Source: Paraspadella gotoi
Taxonomy: Eukaryota; Animalia; Chaetognatha
Assembly (NCBI GenBank): GCA_051294375.1
Contig: CM119270.1
Location: 1,393,876-1,457,641, forward strand
Direction of reading: 5' to 3'
Length of the DNA stretch: 63,766 nt
Shown here: piece after piece, positions 26,038-40,685 of the stretch
How positions within the stretch are numbered: position 1 is the stretch's first letter
Layout: the number at the start of each line of letters is the position of its first letter
Notes under the pieces: model-generated
The model's database searches: none
What the model saw: only the letters and a program-made list of their open reading frames with translations
What the model was told of the DNA's origin: nothing
Program-made: the position numbers and the translations under genes

Positions 26038-26225
26038 CGGGCTTGGTGCCCTAAAGAGAGTAGATAAATGGCTGGTGTCATAAGGTACTAGGTATATGGG
26101 CCTGGTGCCATAAGAGACTAGATATATGGGCCCGATGCAACGATTGGCCACATGTGTGTGCCTTGTGCCATAAAGCGTTGGATCCTTAGGCCTGGTGCCA
26201 TAACAGGCTGGTTCCATAAAGGCCT
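26038..26225. repeat. Degenerate ~30-bp tandem repeat (CCTGGTGCCATAAG core)
   Basis: The core recurs near 26042, 26071, 26101, 26161 and 26191. Confidence 0.7.
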
Positions 26226-26669
26226 GTATCTTCGAGCCGGGTGTCTCGAAAGGCTTGGCGCCTGTCGAAAAGTCTCGTCTCAGTCAAACAAAAAAAAAAA
26301 GGCGGCGACAAAAAAATGGAAACAAAAGAGGAAAAAAAAAGAAGAAGAGAGAAAATTCGATCTGGAGTGAGAAATGGGGGAAGGGTTTTTGGGGGGGAGA
26401 GGGGGAGAGGAGGAGGGGGAGAGGAGAGAGGGAGAGAGAGAGGGGGAGAGGGAGAGGAGGAGGAGGGGGAGAGGGGGAGAGGGGAGAAAATAAGAAAGGG
26501 GAAAAGTGAAAAACAAGAAAAAGAGGCGGAGTTTTTTTGAGACCAAAAATGGTTAAATTTTGACGGAAGAAGATGATGACGAAGTTGACGATGACGACGA
26601 TGACGTAGCCAAAACTAGGATAGATAGAGAGAGAGAGAGAGAGAGGAAGAGAGAGAAGAGAGAAGAGAG

Positions 26670-26704
<35 letters not shown>

Positions 26705-26805
26705 AAGAGAGACAAAAAGGTAAGGGTCAAATTTGATTCCATTTCGAGACGCAGAATTTGTTTTTGCTTCGTCCCAAAGATCCAGTGCCAAATCTCAAGA
26801 CTTCG

Positions 26806-26837
<32 letters not shown>

Positions 26838-26846
26838 CTCTCTTCT

Positions 26847-26886
<40 letters not shown>

Positions 26887-27303
26887 CTCTCTCTCCACAA
26901 CGATCGTCTCCCTCTCTATCGGATAATGAAAGAAAAAAACTATTTTAACTTAACTTAAATTTCAAGAAACAACAGAGAGATTCGTTCGATAATTAAAAGT
27001 AAGTTTAAAGGTAAGGCGGAGTTTGATCAGAGAAAAGGTAGGCGTGCTGACGTGAGGGAAAGGTAAGCGAGTCTGACTAGAGTAAAGGTAAGGCGTGTGA
27101 GGGGAAAGTAAAAAGTTGAATTGTGAGATGATGAATACGAAGTAAATTTGCAAAGATAATTCAAATGAGAGGAATGAAAACTATCAGCAGTTTTGTCATT
27201 ATCCTTCTGCCCACAACCACAAAAATTAGCACAACGACCACAACAACATCAAAAACAACGAAAACAAACATACAAGAAGAGAGAAGAGACAGAGAGAACA
27301 AGT

Positions 27304-27366
<63 letters not shown>

Positions 27367-27491
27367 GGAGAGAGAGAGAGAGAGAGAGGAGAGTAGACCA
27401 AAAACTCACGAACCGATCTCTGGTGCCTTTTATATTACGCACTAATCGATATAGAAGAAAGTCATAATGCCTCAGTGTCCTCTCTTCCTCT

Positions 27492-27544
<53 letters not shown>

Positions 27545-27890
27545 CTCAGCTCAGAGATGAGGGTTGCGAGGATTAAAATTAGGGTGATAGTGAGAAGCGA
27601 GATTCGGATCTTAAAACTCTCCGCGATGGAAAGAATCATTGGAAGAACTGGCGAACCAACAATAAGCAAACAACAATAGAGAAACACCGACAGAAACAAC
27701 AACAACAAATTAAAAACATAAAAACTAGTAAAAACAACACCATACAACAACAACAGCAACAACAATCAAAAAACTAAGAACAATAAAACAAATCATCACA
27801 TTGTGGAGAGTTTTGTCCTGTCTGTATGTCTGACGCGTGTCTGTCTTCTCTGTTTCCTTGACCTCGTACTCTCTCTTATTTCTCCTCTCT

Positions 27891-27948
<58 letters not shown>

Positions 27949-28074
27949 GCTCTGTCTTCACAAAAAGGTCAAAAGTAAAAAACACTGCGTCGAGAAATGA
28001 CAAAATTCATAATCACATAACAAAAATCGAAGGAAAGTGAGAGAAAATTTCATTCCTCGGAATGTCGAAAATTT

Positions 28075-28109
<35 letters not shown>

Positions 28110-31100
28110 AGAGAGAGAAGAGAGAGAAGAGAGAGAGAGAGAGTCGAGAGAGAGGGAGAGAGAGGGTTATCGAGAACAAAGAAAGTACAAACGAACAAAT
28201 ACGGTAATACTTCATGAAATCAAATAAAGAAAAAAATATGGAGAGCCCAAAGACTAAGCGAACGAGAACGCGATATTTTATGAAGGATATCGAACGAAGT
28301 GGTAACGTTATACGAAAGATACGAAGAAGCGCTACAGGGATTACGAAGAACGGATATGGGATATCGGAAAACGAGAAGGATAAACGCGAAGGATACGAAT
28401 GATTAGCTGAGGTTACGGGATCACTTAGAACGAGAAGGAACTAGTGTTAACGTGACGGACAACATACTACAAGAGAAGACGACAACAAGAAGAAACGAAC
28501 GAACGATACGAACGATATTACTGGAATTACTGAAATCTGAGTGGACCATACGAACGTCAACGATTCTCCAAGTTATTCGTCTGTGTTGAACTCGGGTAAA
28601 AATAAGAATCGAAATATCGAGAGAAAATAACGAAAGAAAAATGGAGGAGAGAAGAGGATGACGACGACGATGACGACTACGACGATGACGAGATGATGAC
28701 GATTGAAAATGACATTGAGGATTGTAAATATCAGTGAATCTAAGTTAAAACAAAAAAAGTTATATGTTGGATAAGAATAAAGACATAGACGACAACGACA
28801 ACAAAGACGTTAAAAATGGCGCCAGAAACGACCGACGACGAAACGACGACGACGACGACGACGACGAAAAATGCCGGCGAACATCTTTCTACTTCTCTTA
28901 TTCAAATTTCTTAGAGGAAGAAAAATCTTTTTTTTTTGGGAGCGAAAAAAAGAAAATGATGATTGGGATTGAAGACAGAATTGGGGGGGAGAGAAGAAGA
29001 GGAGAGAGAGAGAGAGAGGAGAGAGAGAAGAAGAGAGAGAGAAATATATGAAATATTGAAAGTAAAAAGCTGGGCTTGAGGCCAGTGTTTTACACGGCCT
29101 TTTTTAAAAAAGCTACGTTTTTTTTGAGAAAATTATTACTCATATAATACAAGAACTATGTTATTCTACTATTCTTCTAGTTTTAGAGAGAGAGAAAGAA
29201 GAGAGAGAGAGGCAAGGAGAGAGAGAGAGGAGAGGGATGAGTGTAGAGGAGAGAGGGGCAAGAAGAGGAGAGGAAGAGAGAGGAGAGGAGAGAGAGGTGA
29301 GGGAGATATGAAGGAGAGAGACGAGGAGATGAGAGAATTAGAGATAGATGAGAGAATAGAGCGACGAGAGAGAGAGAGACGAGAGAGAAATGAGAGAGCG
29401 AGAGACGAAGAGATGAGGCAGAGAAGAGAGAGAGAGAGGAGAGAGAGTAAGATCTAGAGGAGAGAGAAGACGAGAGAGAGAGACGATGAGAGAGAGACGG
29501 AGAGAGAGAGAGATGAGAGAGAGAGGAGACGAGAGAGAGAGAAAGAGGGTTAAATAAGGAAAGTGGTGAATGATTAAGAAAAGGAATGAGAGCATACTGG
29601 GAGCAAACAGAGCCAGAGCTGAGTTTTAACGCAATAATGATAAAAATGCTTAATGAGCTGGTTTATTAGGGTGGAGTTGAATGAAATTATTGAGTGATGC
29701 AACATTATTTTTTTGCTGCCTATGGATATATAATTAATGAATTTAATTCTTTTTAAAATTTTTTTATTTTAGGCACATAACAGGACTATTAGCAAAATTC
29801 ATTATTTAGTAGCTAATATCCTTATAAAATCGTCAAAATTTCAAAATAATTTTTTTTTATTTTAAGAACTGATTTTAGAATTCGCTGTAAAAAAACTAAG
29901 AATTTTTATAATAATAGTTATATGATATTTTAATGGTTGATCACAAAAAATGGACTAAAATACATTTTAACATATATAAGTTTCTACTTACAGAGAATAA
30001 AAAAGATCAGGAATTTTCACCTTTTTCTTATAACATTGAAGTGATGACAAGAATTTTTTGATAACATATTTTTATATTTTTGATTCAACTTTTTCAGAAG
30101 AATGCTGAATCTTTATTAAAAGTTTTAGAAAAATTATTTTAAAATTTTACTATTTTATAAGGATATTACTACAAACATACACTTAATTTACTATCTAGCT
30201 TCCCGATGATAATATGAACCAAAATATTTTTTTGTACTAGCTTAATCATACTATCTCACATCAAAATCATTGTTCGATCATTCAAATTAATTTTTGTTCT
30301 GAGTGCTCCACGCTACTGTTTATTGCCCACAATTTTAAACAATAAATCGAATCGATAAATAAAATTGTTTACCAAATTTCAAAGTTTACACTACTTGGCG
30401 GAGGTTTCAGGTTTTGGGTTCTAATGGTTGGGCTTAAGGAAGGGAAAGGCACGTCTTGATTTTCATTGTCCGCGCGAGCGAAGAAATATTATTTCCCTAC
30501 ACCACAACGCGCAAAATATTTTCTGACGATCTCACGCATGCTCTGATACATTTAGTCAAAAATCGCCGTTCGGTATCACAAGGAATTATCACAAGCAAGA
30601 CTAGAGAGAGGCTGGGAGGACTCAACCAGCGCACTAAAATTCCCTTCTTCTGCTCTCTCTCTCCTCTCTCTCTCCTCTCTCTCTCCCTCTCTCTCTCTCT
30701 TCTCTCTCTACTCTCTCTCATCCTCTCTCTTCTCTCTTCTCCCACGAAGAAACAACGCAACAAAATCTGGTAGCGGCAAAACCTTAAGGCCCAAAAACGA
30801 TATTAAGGAGATAGATGATCCGAGAGGTATGGCAGAGAATGATGGGTAGCTGAGAGATCTTTTTTTTTTTTCTGTGTCCACTTTTCTTTCTAGATAGAAT
30901 TAGCAAAGAACTTAATTACTGAATTCAATGCGTATCTTGGAGTATAGTGTTTTTTTACGAGAGAATAAAATGCCTTTCCTTGGAAAAAATTACGATTCAA
31001 GGGACGTTACGGGAGCTTCTATGCTCCAAATACTTTATGCCGGGCTCATTAGACCCACAAGATTATACATAAGATTGAAAGAGAGAGGAGAGTAAAATGA

Positions 31101-31560
31101 ACTATCGAGACGCGCGCAAACTCGATCTTAAATGAAAAGAGTAACAAGATTTCGGACCAGACAGAAAGACGACCGATTGCTCGACGATGATGACTCGTCG
31201 TGTTGAAGAGAGACTCGGTACGACCTGGACTCGATGACTTTGCGAGAGGATGATGGATCTAGAGAGAGAGAGAGATACCGAAAAAACAAGAAAAGTAAGT
31301 TAAAAATTAAAAGACAAACAAAAGAAAAGAGTTGAGATTGTACGAGAAAGAAAGAGAGATGATGAGTGGACCCGTACTCTCGCTCTGAAAGGATTGCGGC
31401 TGCGAGAATCGGAGCATGGAAGGAAGAGAGAGAGAGAGAGAAAAGAGAGAGATAGAAAAGCGGGAAACCATAAAAAAATAACAGATAGAACCCTTCTTTT
31501 TAAGTTTTTCGAGAAGTCGTGATCCTCTCTCTCTCTCTCAACCACCCAATCTCTTTCTAT

Positions 31561-31597
<37 letters not shown>

Positions 31598-32139
31598 TCT
31601 CTCTCTCTCTCTCTACTCTCCTCTCTCTCCCTCTCTACCCCTCCCTCTCTCTCCCCTCTTTTTATATTTCATTCCAAACAAAACTAATTGTTCGCGACCA
31701 GAGAGCAAAAGAGGGAGGGACGATCCTTTTCTTGTTTGCGTATCCATTACTTTCGATTCTCCTTCAGAATCTTTTTTATTTCAAGCATTGATTGGTTGGT
31801 TGGTTGGTTGCGTGTTTTCTTGGTTGTTTAATTAGATTTTTTTCTCTCTTTTTGATTTGTTTCATTCATTCTTTCTTTCTTTTTCTTTTCTCTTTTTTTC
31901 CTTCTTTCTCTCTTTTTCATGTCTTTCTTTCTCTCCTTCTTTCTATCTTTCTTTCCTTCATTCATGCTACCTTTCTTTCTATCTTTCTTTTTTTTCTTTC
32001 CCCCCTCCCCCCCTTTTCATATTTTCCCTCCCCTGTGATTCTCACTCTCACTGAAGAAAATATTCTTGACAGAGAGTCGACACAAGTTGCAGAGGATTGT
32101 GTTTTACCATTTCCCATCGGAGATTAGCCAGGTTAGTTC

Positions 32140-32176
<37 letters not shown>

Positions 32177-32180
32177 CTCA

Positions 32181-32226
<46 letters not shown>

Positions 32227-32637
32227 CCCCCTCTTTCTCTCCTTCTGATAAAGAAATAAGAAGAACAAATAAAAATTCAACTAAAACGAAATGAAAAAGA
32301 ATTAAATAAAAAAATTCTCAGCGGGAAATTTTTTCTCTCAAACCAGTGAACGGGGATTCGAAGTTGATAAACGGAGTATTTTTCTTAAAATTAGAATATT
32401 ATTAACAATAATAAATATTGATATGTTCTCAGAAAGAAATAATTATACTGTCAGCAGGCAATGAATGTTTTTTACAATATACCGGACAGCGTAATCCACG
32501 GTTTTGTTTTTTTAAATTTTTGCATTTACAATTTTGGCTGAATTGAACAAAAAAAATATGCTAATGTATACTACATCATGAAACACTACTTTTTCATGTT
32601 TTCTTTAAGGAGACTAAATAATTAAATAATTACATAT

Positions 32638-32847
32638 TGTGTATACTGTATAGACTTTCGATTTCGTTGCTTTTGGGAATTAGGAAGAAAAACAATTTTG
32701 ATTTATTTTTTACAACGAATTATGTATTGACAGTTGAGCAGACATGTTTCGACTCTGCATTTTAGAGTCTTCATCAATACTTCATGAAAACTGTCAATAC
32801 ATAATTCGTTGTAAAAAAAAAAACAAATAAAAATTGTTTTTCTTCCT
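32638..32847 (-). mobile_element. Short Penelope-like (PLE) pLTR insertion with hairpin and candidate 13-bp TSD
   Basis: Direct repeat AATAATTACATAT at 32625-32637 and 32848-32860. Inverted arms 32679-32735 and 32789-32850. Hammerhead motif in the loop. About 40 nt unpaired tail at 32638-32678. Confidence 0.65.
32735..32784 (-). ncRNA. Minimal type I hammerhead ribozyme-like motif (U at C3)
   Basis: Minus strand: UGAAGUA-UUGAUGA-A-GACUCU-AAAAUGC-AGAGUC-GAAA-C-AU-GUC^-UGCUCA. Perfect 6-bp stem II, palindromic ACAUGU stem III, GUC cleavage triplet, stem I AGUA/UGCU with a further UG/CA pair beyond a bulge. Confidence 0.65.
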
Positions 32848-33167
32848 AATAATTACATATAAATAAAACCAAATTTTTATTCCGATTTAATTAAATCTCG
32901 AGTGTCTTTTGTTCAAATGTTTTCGCGACGATAATTTTCACTTCTTCAATTTTTCCGCTTGAGGTCGGGAGCCGCGCCTCGCCTATTGACTCAGCACTTA
33001 CCCGGCAACCGACAAATCAAATCTGGAGCCAGTTAGATATGAGGGCAAAGAAGAATCATACTGTTGTAACCCAATGTAAGCAGTAGAAAAATTTTTGGGA
33101 TGAACGTAAAATGTTCAATCCGTTGTAATTTTGATATGTAACATCAAAACTCTTCTCTCTCTCTCCT

Positions 33168-33244
<77 letters not shown>

Positions 33245-33464
33245 ACCCTCGTTTCGTCACAAAAAGAACCTTCACGAAAACACTTACCTCACAAGAAGTT
33301 CGTCCCCTTTTTCTTTCCCTTTTCCTTCGTCACGCCTTAACTTTTTGCGAGGCTGGAAAAGGTGAGGTCCCGAGTTCTCCGCGGGTTCGGGTAAGTTCGA
33401 AGTGGAACCAGAATGTCTGAGGCTGATGCCACATTTTCCGAAGGTGAGTCGTGAAGAGGGTAAG

Positions 33465-33554
<90 letters not shown>

Positions 33555-33780
33555 TTCCTCCAATAAACCGCGCATCATATATTTACGCTGTCATTTATCT
33601 CACGTCACATGTCACATATTTTATCATATCAGATATCATTGTTCGAAAATTCCTCTCGCACTCATAAGATTCCATGAGACCTACATTTTTTTAAAATCCG
33701 AATTAAAAAAAAAAACGTTACGCGTAAATTCCTTTTCTTTTTTTTTGAGGCGAAATTCTTCCCGGGTCGATTTTTCCTCA

Positions 33781-33893
33781 GCCGCGGCGGAGCAGGAGCT
33801 GCTGGTGCCGCGGCGCAGCAGGGGCTGCTGCTGCAGCGGCGGAGCAGGGGCTGCTGCTTCAGCGACGGAGCAGGGGCTGCTGCTGCCGCGGCG
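33781..33893. repeat. 26-bp GC-rich minisatellite, ~4.3 copies
   Basis: GCCGCGGCGGAGCAGGGGCTGCTGCT head-to-tail. Confidence 0.9.
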
Positions 33894-34964
33894 ACGGACG
33901 ACGCAGCCACCCCTCACCACAGTGTTTTGACCTCCATTATTTTACGAATACTTTATTATAATATCTTATACGAAAACTAGGGCATAAATTAATTTTAAAC
34001 CTCGTGTAGTATAGATGCTCCCTCTATTTCCAGAAGACAACACTAAAATCCCTCTCCCCATAATATTATAAACTATGAAATATAACAATAATTAAATTTA
34101 AAACTTTAAAACTTTTTTTTAGAACTCTTTATAAGTAAATAAATTCGTTTTAACTGTCAAATTGTTTCTTTTATTTAAGAAAAAAATAATTATTCGCTTA
34201 AATTTAATCAATTTTAGTGTAACTTGTAGAGTGCATAATTAAGTCGCGGCAAGTAGCGCGACTTTCTAAAGATAGAAAAAGAAAATAAAAATTTAAGGTA
34301 TTTCAAATTTCACCAAGATTTCGTACCTCTTTAAAATAGGTCATTATTTGAGGTGATGGTTCGGCTGACCCTTTTTTTGGCTCAACTTATTTAGCCTTAT
34401 GATTAAATTAAAAGATATTTTTAACAAAAAAATGATGCCGCATCAATATTTATTTTCATAGAATTGTAAATATGTCAATTTTTTGGTATCCTTTCGATGT
34501 AGAAGCAAGATTTTTAAGTATGATTTTTTTACTGCAACATGCAAATGAGAATATAGTTAATTCTTTTGACGATTTTTTAATTTGTTATTTCAACGGTTCA
34601 ATGTTAAAAAAACAACCCTCATTTTTGATTCAATAAGTAGATAAATATTTTATGTGCAAATTAAATAATGGAAATAAATGAAATAAACCCCATTTGGCAT
34701 TATTTTGTTACACGGGATCAATTTTTGTCTCATCGTCGTGTTCCTCGTCTTTGTAATGGAACCCCGGGTGCTTCTCTGCTCCAGGAGAGAAGCCCAGCGG
34801 GAGTGGACTCCTATAGGGGGGAGAGAGAGAAAGAGGGTGGTGTCTCTTTAAGGGAAGAAGCTAAGAGAGAGAGAGAGAAGAGAAGATGAGGAGAGAAGAA
34901 AAAAAGAGAGAAGAGAGAGAGAGAGATTGAGAGAGAGAGAGAGAGGGGCTCTTAACGGAGGAGC

Positions 34965-35002
<38 letters not shown>

Positions 35003-35419
35003 GAGAGAGAGAGAGAGGGATGAGAGAAGGAAGATTAACAATCATAAGGGGTATTCACTGGCGTGGGGGGGGGGGGGGGGGGGGGGGGGGTGGGGGGGGG
35101 TGGTGGGGGGGGGGGGGGGGCGTGGGGGGGCGAGATGGGGAGGTTTGAAAAGCAGATCATAATTTCTGAAATTTCACCACTCGAGTGGGGAGAATCGACG
35201 CTGGACTTTTCGAGATGAAAGAGAGAGAAAATTGTGGGGGAATTAGAATGAAGGAGAAGGGGGGGTAGGTGGGGAGAGGGGGAAGGGGGTAGGGGGGGGA
35301 GGGAGAGTGAAGACAAGCGGGGGACGAAGAGAGAGGGGGGAAAGAAACATAAAAGAAGAAAAATATAGTAAGGACAGAAAACAATTTAACGAGGTAATCG
35401 TATAAAATTGTATCAAAAT

Positions 35420-36185
35420 GAGTTCAAGATTAATTTCGAGCTTCAATTAATATTGCGTCATTATATTCCTATTTAATTTTTTCGACTGCCGTTTCTATGG
35501 ATGAGTGACGACTCCAGTGTCAGTTCTTCTCATCATCTCAGGCTCAGGTTCGAGCAAAATTGACAATCTGACCGGACGCATCCTGGCACTGCTTGGAAAA
35601 TCTCTTAAAGGAAACTGAGTTTATGGACTTTTTAAGAGGTTTCCACTTTTAAGTATCAACCACATGAGTGGAAGTCTTATTTAATATCCAATCCTTGAAC
35701 TCAGTTGCAGAAACAAAGATATCGAGGAAAGTGCAGCGGATTCGTCGGAGATCAAAAGAGGAGAGGAACCGAGAGACGAAATTAATCTCCGAAATTGAAA
35801 TAAAATTAAATATAATGAAGATTGCANNNNNNNNNNNNNNNNNNNNNNNNNATGAGTTTCAGATATATTTCGAGCTCAATTAATATTGCGTCATTATATT
35901 CCTATTTACTTTTCGCTGCGTTTCTCTGCGATTAGCGACGACTCACGCTCAAGGTTCGAGCAAATTGACAATCTGACCGGACCATCTGCTTGAAATCTCT
36001 AAAGGAAACTACAGTGGGGACTTTTAAGTATCAATCTTTTAAGTATCAACTACAGTGGAGTCTTTTAAGTATCAATCTTGAACTCGTTACAACAAAGAAT
36101 CGAGAAGTGCGAGCGATTGTCGGAGATCAAAAGAGGGAGAGAAAACAAGAGCGAAATAATTCTCGAAATATGAAATAAATTAAAA
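35420..36185 (+). repeat. Tandem ~0.35-0.4 kb duplication across the 25-N gap at 35827-35851
   Basis: CAATTAATATTGCGTCATTATATTCCTATTTA and AATTGACAATCTGACCGGAC are present on both sides of the gap. Confidence 0.9.
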
Positions 36186-37304
36186 TTTTAAAAAGATAAT
36201 ACTTACAAATTAATGTTTTTTAAAAAAAAAATTGTTTAACTATGCGTAAGTCGCTAGAAAAAAAAAAATTTTCGGGTGCAGAAAAAAAATATGTTCATTT
36301 GTTGACATCGAGAAAAATTTTGAGAATAATTTTGAGTCAGATGAAGAAGCGACAAAAAAAAAAAAAAAACGACGCAAAAAATCAGCAAAACATTAAAAAA
36401 CAGAAAAAAACAAACAAAACGGGAAGAGAAAACATTTTTCGAAGCGTTGGCGGGAGGAAAAAGAACTTTGGGTGAACGCGGCCAAAAAAATTGAGTAAAA
36501 AAAGTCACACGAACGTAAACAAACAAACAAACAAACAAACANNNNNNNNNNNNNNNNNNNNNNNNNNNNNNNNNNNNNNNNNNNNNNNNNNNNNNNNNNN
36601 NNNNNNNNNNNNNNNNNNNNNNNNNNNNNNNNNNNNNNNNNNNNNNNNNNNNNNNNNNNNNNNNNNNNNNNNNNNNNNNNNNNNNNNNNNNNNNNNNNNN
36701 NNNNNNNNNNNNNNNNNNNNNGAGAGGGTGAAAGAGTGAGGAAAGGAATGAATGCGTCTTGAAGGGTAAGTATAAAGGGTAAGGATGCCTGGGAATGCAG
36801 TTAATTTCTTAGCTCGTTCGTAGTTAGACAATAGTCTTAATTAAAGAGAGAGAAAACGTCGGACGAACGACAAAACAAAAGGGAAACGAAGGAAAAGTAA
36901 AAGGAAAAAGGGTAAGTTCTCCTCCCCCGCTGCTGCCCCCCCCTATTCGGGTAAGTGGAGGCGAAAAAAAAACATAAGGAAAAAGAGAAAAAAGTGACTT
37001 TGGGGGAAAAAAACAGAAGTNNNNNNNNNNNNNNNNNNNNNNNNNNNNNNNNNNNNNNNNNNNNNNNNNNNNNNNNNNNNNNNNNNNNNNNNNNNNNNNN
37101 NNNNNNNNNNNNNNNNNNNNNNNNNNNNNNNNNNNNNNNNNNNNNNNNNNNNNNNNNNNNNNNNNNNNNNNNNNNNNNNNNNNNNNNNNNNNNNNNNNNN
37201 NNNNNNNNNNNNNNNNNNNNNNNNNNNNNNNNNNNNNNNNNNNNNNNNNNNNNNNNNNNNNNNNNNNNNNNNNNNNNNNNNNNNNNNNNNNNNNNNNNNN
37301 NNNN

Positions 37305-37342
<38 letters not shown>

Positions 37343-37415
37343 ACTAAACAAAAGCTCAACTTTCCTACGCTTGGATAAATAAGTCAATATTAGATAGACG
37401 CTCGCTTCGAAGTCT

Positions 37416-37447
<32 letters not shown>

Positions 37448-39510
37448 TAAGGGTGACATTGTCGAAATGCTTTTTCCCAAATTTTGAGCAAAATGCAAAT
37501 ATTGAAAATCAGATTTTCTCTCCGCCAAAAAAAAANNNNNNNNNNNNNNNNNNNNNNNNNNNNNNNNNNNNNNNNNNNNNNNNNNNNNNNNNNNNNNNNN
37601 NNNNNNNNNNNNNNNNNNNNNNNNNNNNNNNNNNNNNNNNNNNNNNNNNNNNNNNNNNNNNNNNNNNNNNNNNNNNNNNNNNNNNNNNNNNNNNNNNNNN
37701 NNNNNNNNNNNNNNNNNNNNNNNNNNNNNNNNNNNNNNNNNNNNNNNNNNNNNNNNNNNNNNNNNNNNNNNNNNNNNNNNNNNNNNNNNNNNNNNNNNNN
37801 NNNNTTTTTTTTTTCGTTTTCTGAGATAGACTTTTGTTTTTTTTTGGTTTTGTGTCTCGTTTTATTCCTGAGACGCATAAACCGTTTTTGATAATATGAC
37901 CTTAATTTTGAATATTTTGACTTCTGGCAGGAAAACCATGTTTATTTGCGATTGGCATATATTTGGCACTAAATAATACAGGGGAAAAATATGGATTCAT
38001 TCGAATTATTATCCGCTTTGGCAGGAAAATGAAACATTTAACGTATTTCAACAATAAAAATAGATACTGAATGGTGCATAAGTAGTAGATGATACAACAA
38101 GGAAGCAAATTAGTAAAAGTTAATTTGACCGAATCTTAAGCAGAAGCATTTTTAACTCAAAGAAACTGAAAATTAAAAAAAAAAAAAAAAAAAAACTGGT
38201 TCGATTTTGCCCAAATTTTTGCCAACTTCATTGAGCTCAGACTTTTGTGGGTGTGGTTCAAAAAAGATTGATCTTTATTGCGCGACTTTGGTTGTCGCTG
38301 ACATCAAATGTCATTGGGATCGTCGTCGTCTGTGTCGTCGTCGTCATCGTCTTCTTTATCGTCGTAATTGTCGTCGTCTTCGTCGTTGTTGTTGTTGTCA
38401 TTACTGTCGTCCTTTAAAATCGATTTCCGACTTTAAAAAAAAAAGTTTCGCTGAGAACTGGACATGTGTTGGACGCTTTCTGTAAGAACGCCGAGGACGA
38501 CGACGACGACGACGAAGACGACGACGACGACTAAGAAGAAAAAGACGACGACGACGACGACGACTAAGAAGAAAAAGACGACGAAGTTAAAAAGAAAAGA
38601 CAAGTCTAAGAAAAGAATAAAAAAGGAGTAAAACAAGTGCAAACAAAATATGTTTTTTTTTGTTAAAGGGTATTTTTTTGTTTGCCCCAGCCGCCGCCGC
38701 CGCCGGCCGCCGCCCGCCCTGCCGCCGCCCGCCGCCCACCGCCCTGCCGGCCCTCGCCGCTCGCCGTGCCGCTCGCGCTGTCGCCGCTCGCCGCTCGCCG
38801 CTGCGCCGCTCGCCGCTCGCCGCCAAGATAAAGTTTACAATAACGAAGACGACGACTGCGACGCCGACGACTCGTTGAACTTACTCAGAGCTCGATCTTA
38901 CTTACCTTATCTTTGCCTTACCCTTCAAGCTAAGAGGCCAATCGTCTGAGTTTTTTAGCTCTTAAATTCTCTGACTTTTTAGTCAACTCCTTTTGAATAA
39001 TGATGTCGATTCTACGATTTCTCCTTTTGAATCAGACCCAAAAAATGCATTTCGCTGATCCCTAAATTTTTTTTCAACTTCATACCACTTTGCATCCACT
39101 TGCGTCTTTCTTTTTCGCTCCTACCTTTCACTCTCTCTCTCTGTGAAAATTATCCATTCATTTAATAAATAAGCTATCTTGCCCCTGACTTTTTGACAGG
39201 CTTTGGTGGTTTAAGGCCTCGTCACTCTTCCAAGCTTTCAATCAAGACTCTCTCACAGTCTCGTTTATTCACTCTCAGAGTACCTGGCTTCCCTATAAAT
39301 GAAGTGGTATAATATCTCAAAGAATGTTTCAATTTTCTCCCCTTGACTTTAACTTACCTTTTCTTCACTTTATCTCCCTTTTTTCCTATCAACATCTCAG
39401 TCCTCGCTCGTCAAAAAAATTCCGTGCGGGTCAAGAAATCGTGATAAGGAATTTCGGGACTGAGGGGTGAGGGCGACTCGAAGTCTGTCATAACTTTTAT
39501 CGATGTCAAG

Positions 39511-39620
39511 ATAAGCCGTCTCACAATAAGCCGTCTCACAATAAGCCGTCTCACAATAAGCCGTGTCACAATGAGCCGTGTCACAATAAGCCGTCTCACA
39601 ATAAGCAGTGCCACAATAAG
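39511..39620. repeat. 15-bp minisatellite ATAAGCCGT(C/G)TCACA, ~7 copies
   Basis: Seen directly. Confidence 0.95.
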
Positions 39621-40619
39621 TGATGTCGAAAGAAATGAGGTCAGAAGACTCATTAACATAATGGTCAAGATAGCTTATTTTTCAAATGAATGGATAATTT
39701 TCATATTGGTTATTCCAATTTATATATATGTATATATATATATACTTATCATATTTTTCTCTTTTCGTAAAAAAAAAAATCCATTTGAATTTAATTCTCG
39801 GCATCGGGGGAGCGAAAGAAGATGAAACAGAACTCATAAACATTTAAACAAACAAACATACAAACACAACAAGGCACAAACAAAAAGCTAATCGTTTCCC
39901 ACAATCAAATTCGCTTTATTTATATTCCTTATCGAATCTTTACTCTTCTAATAACAAGAGTCTCTTCCAGTTTTATTGTTTTTTTTTTCTCTTCCTCAAA
40001 TGTTTTTCCAACAAATTTGCTTTGTTCATTTTTATTTTCCCGTCAAATTTACTTTGAAATTTTTTTTTCAATCTTTCCCAGTTTTTTTTCTTTTTTTTTC
40101 ACGCCTTCACAGTTCTTGGTAGATGGGGTTGTGACTTGTGAGAGTGGTGAAGTGGTCGAGTTGGTGAAAAAAAGGTGGAATTTCGAAATCGGCAGAAAGT
40201 CGACGGGTTGTAAAAATATTGACATATTTACCCCTAGTCAACGGCGGAGCGGGTCCAGAGCTCTCAATCTCTCGCTCTCTCTCTCTCTTAGGGNNNNNNN
40301 NNNNNNNNNNNNNNNNNNNNNNNNNNNNNNNNNNNNNNNNNNNNNNNNNNNNNNNNNNNNNNNNNNNNNNNNNNNNNNNNNNNNNNNNNNNNNNNNNNNN
40401 NNNNNNNNNNNNNNNNNNNNNNNNNNNNNNNNNNNNNNNNNNNNNNNNNNNNNNNNNNNNNNNNNNNNNNNNNNNNNNNNNNNNNNNNNNNNNNNNNNNN
40501 NNNNNNNNNNNNNNNNNNNNNNNNNNNNAAAACTCAAAAGATTCTCCACGCAAATAAACAAACATCTCAACATCGATTTTCCACCCCATTTTCACTCAAG
40601 ACAAATAAATTTTTAGCGG

Positions 40620-40685
<66 letters not shown>

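Noticed and set aside
35062-35130. Long poly-G run as a G-quadruplex element
   Set aside because: A homopolymer in low-quality sequence; could be a sequencing artefact and has no functional context.
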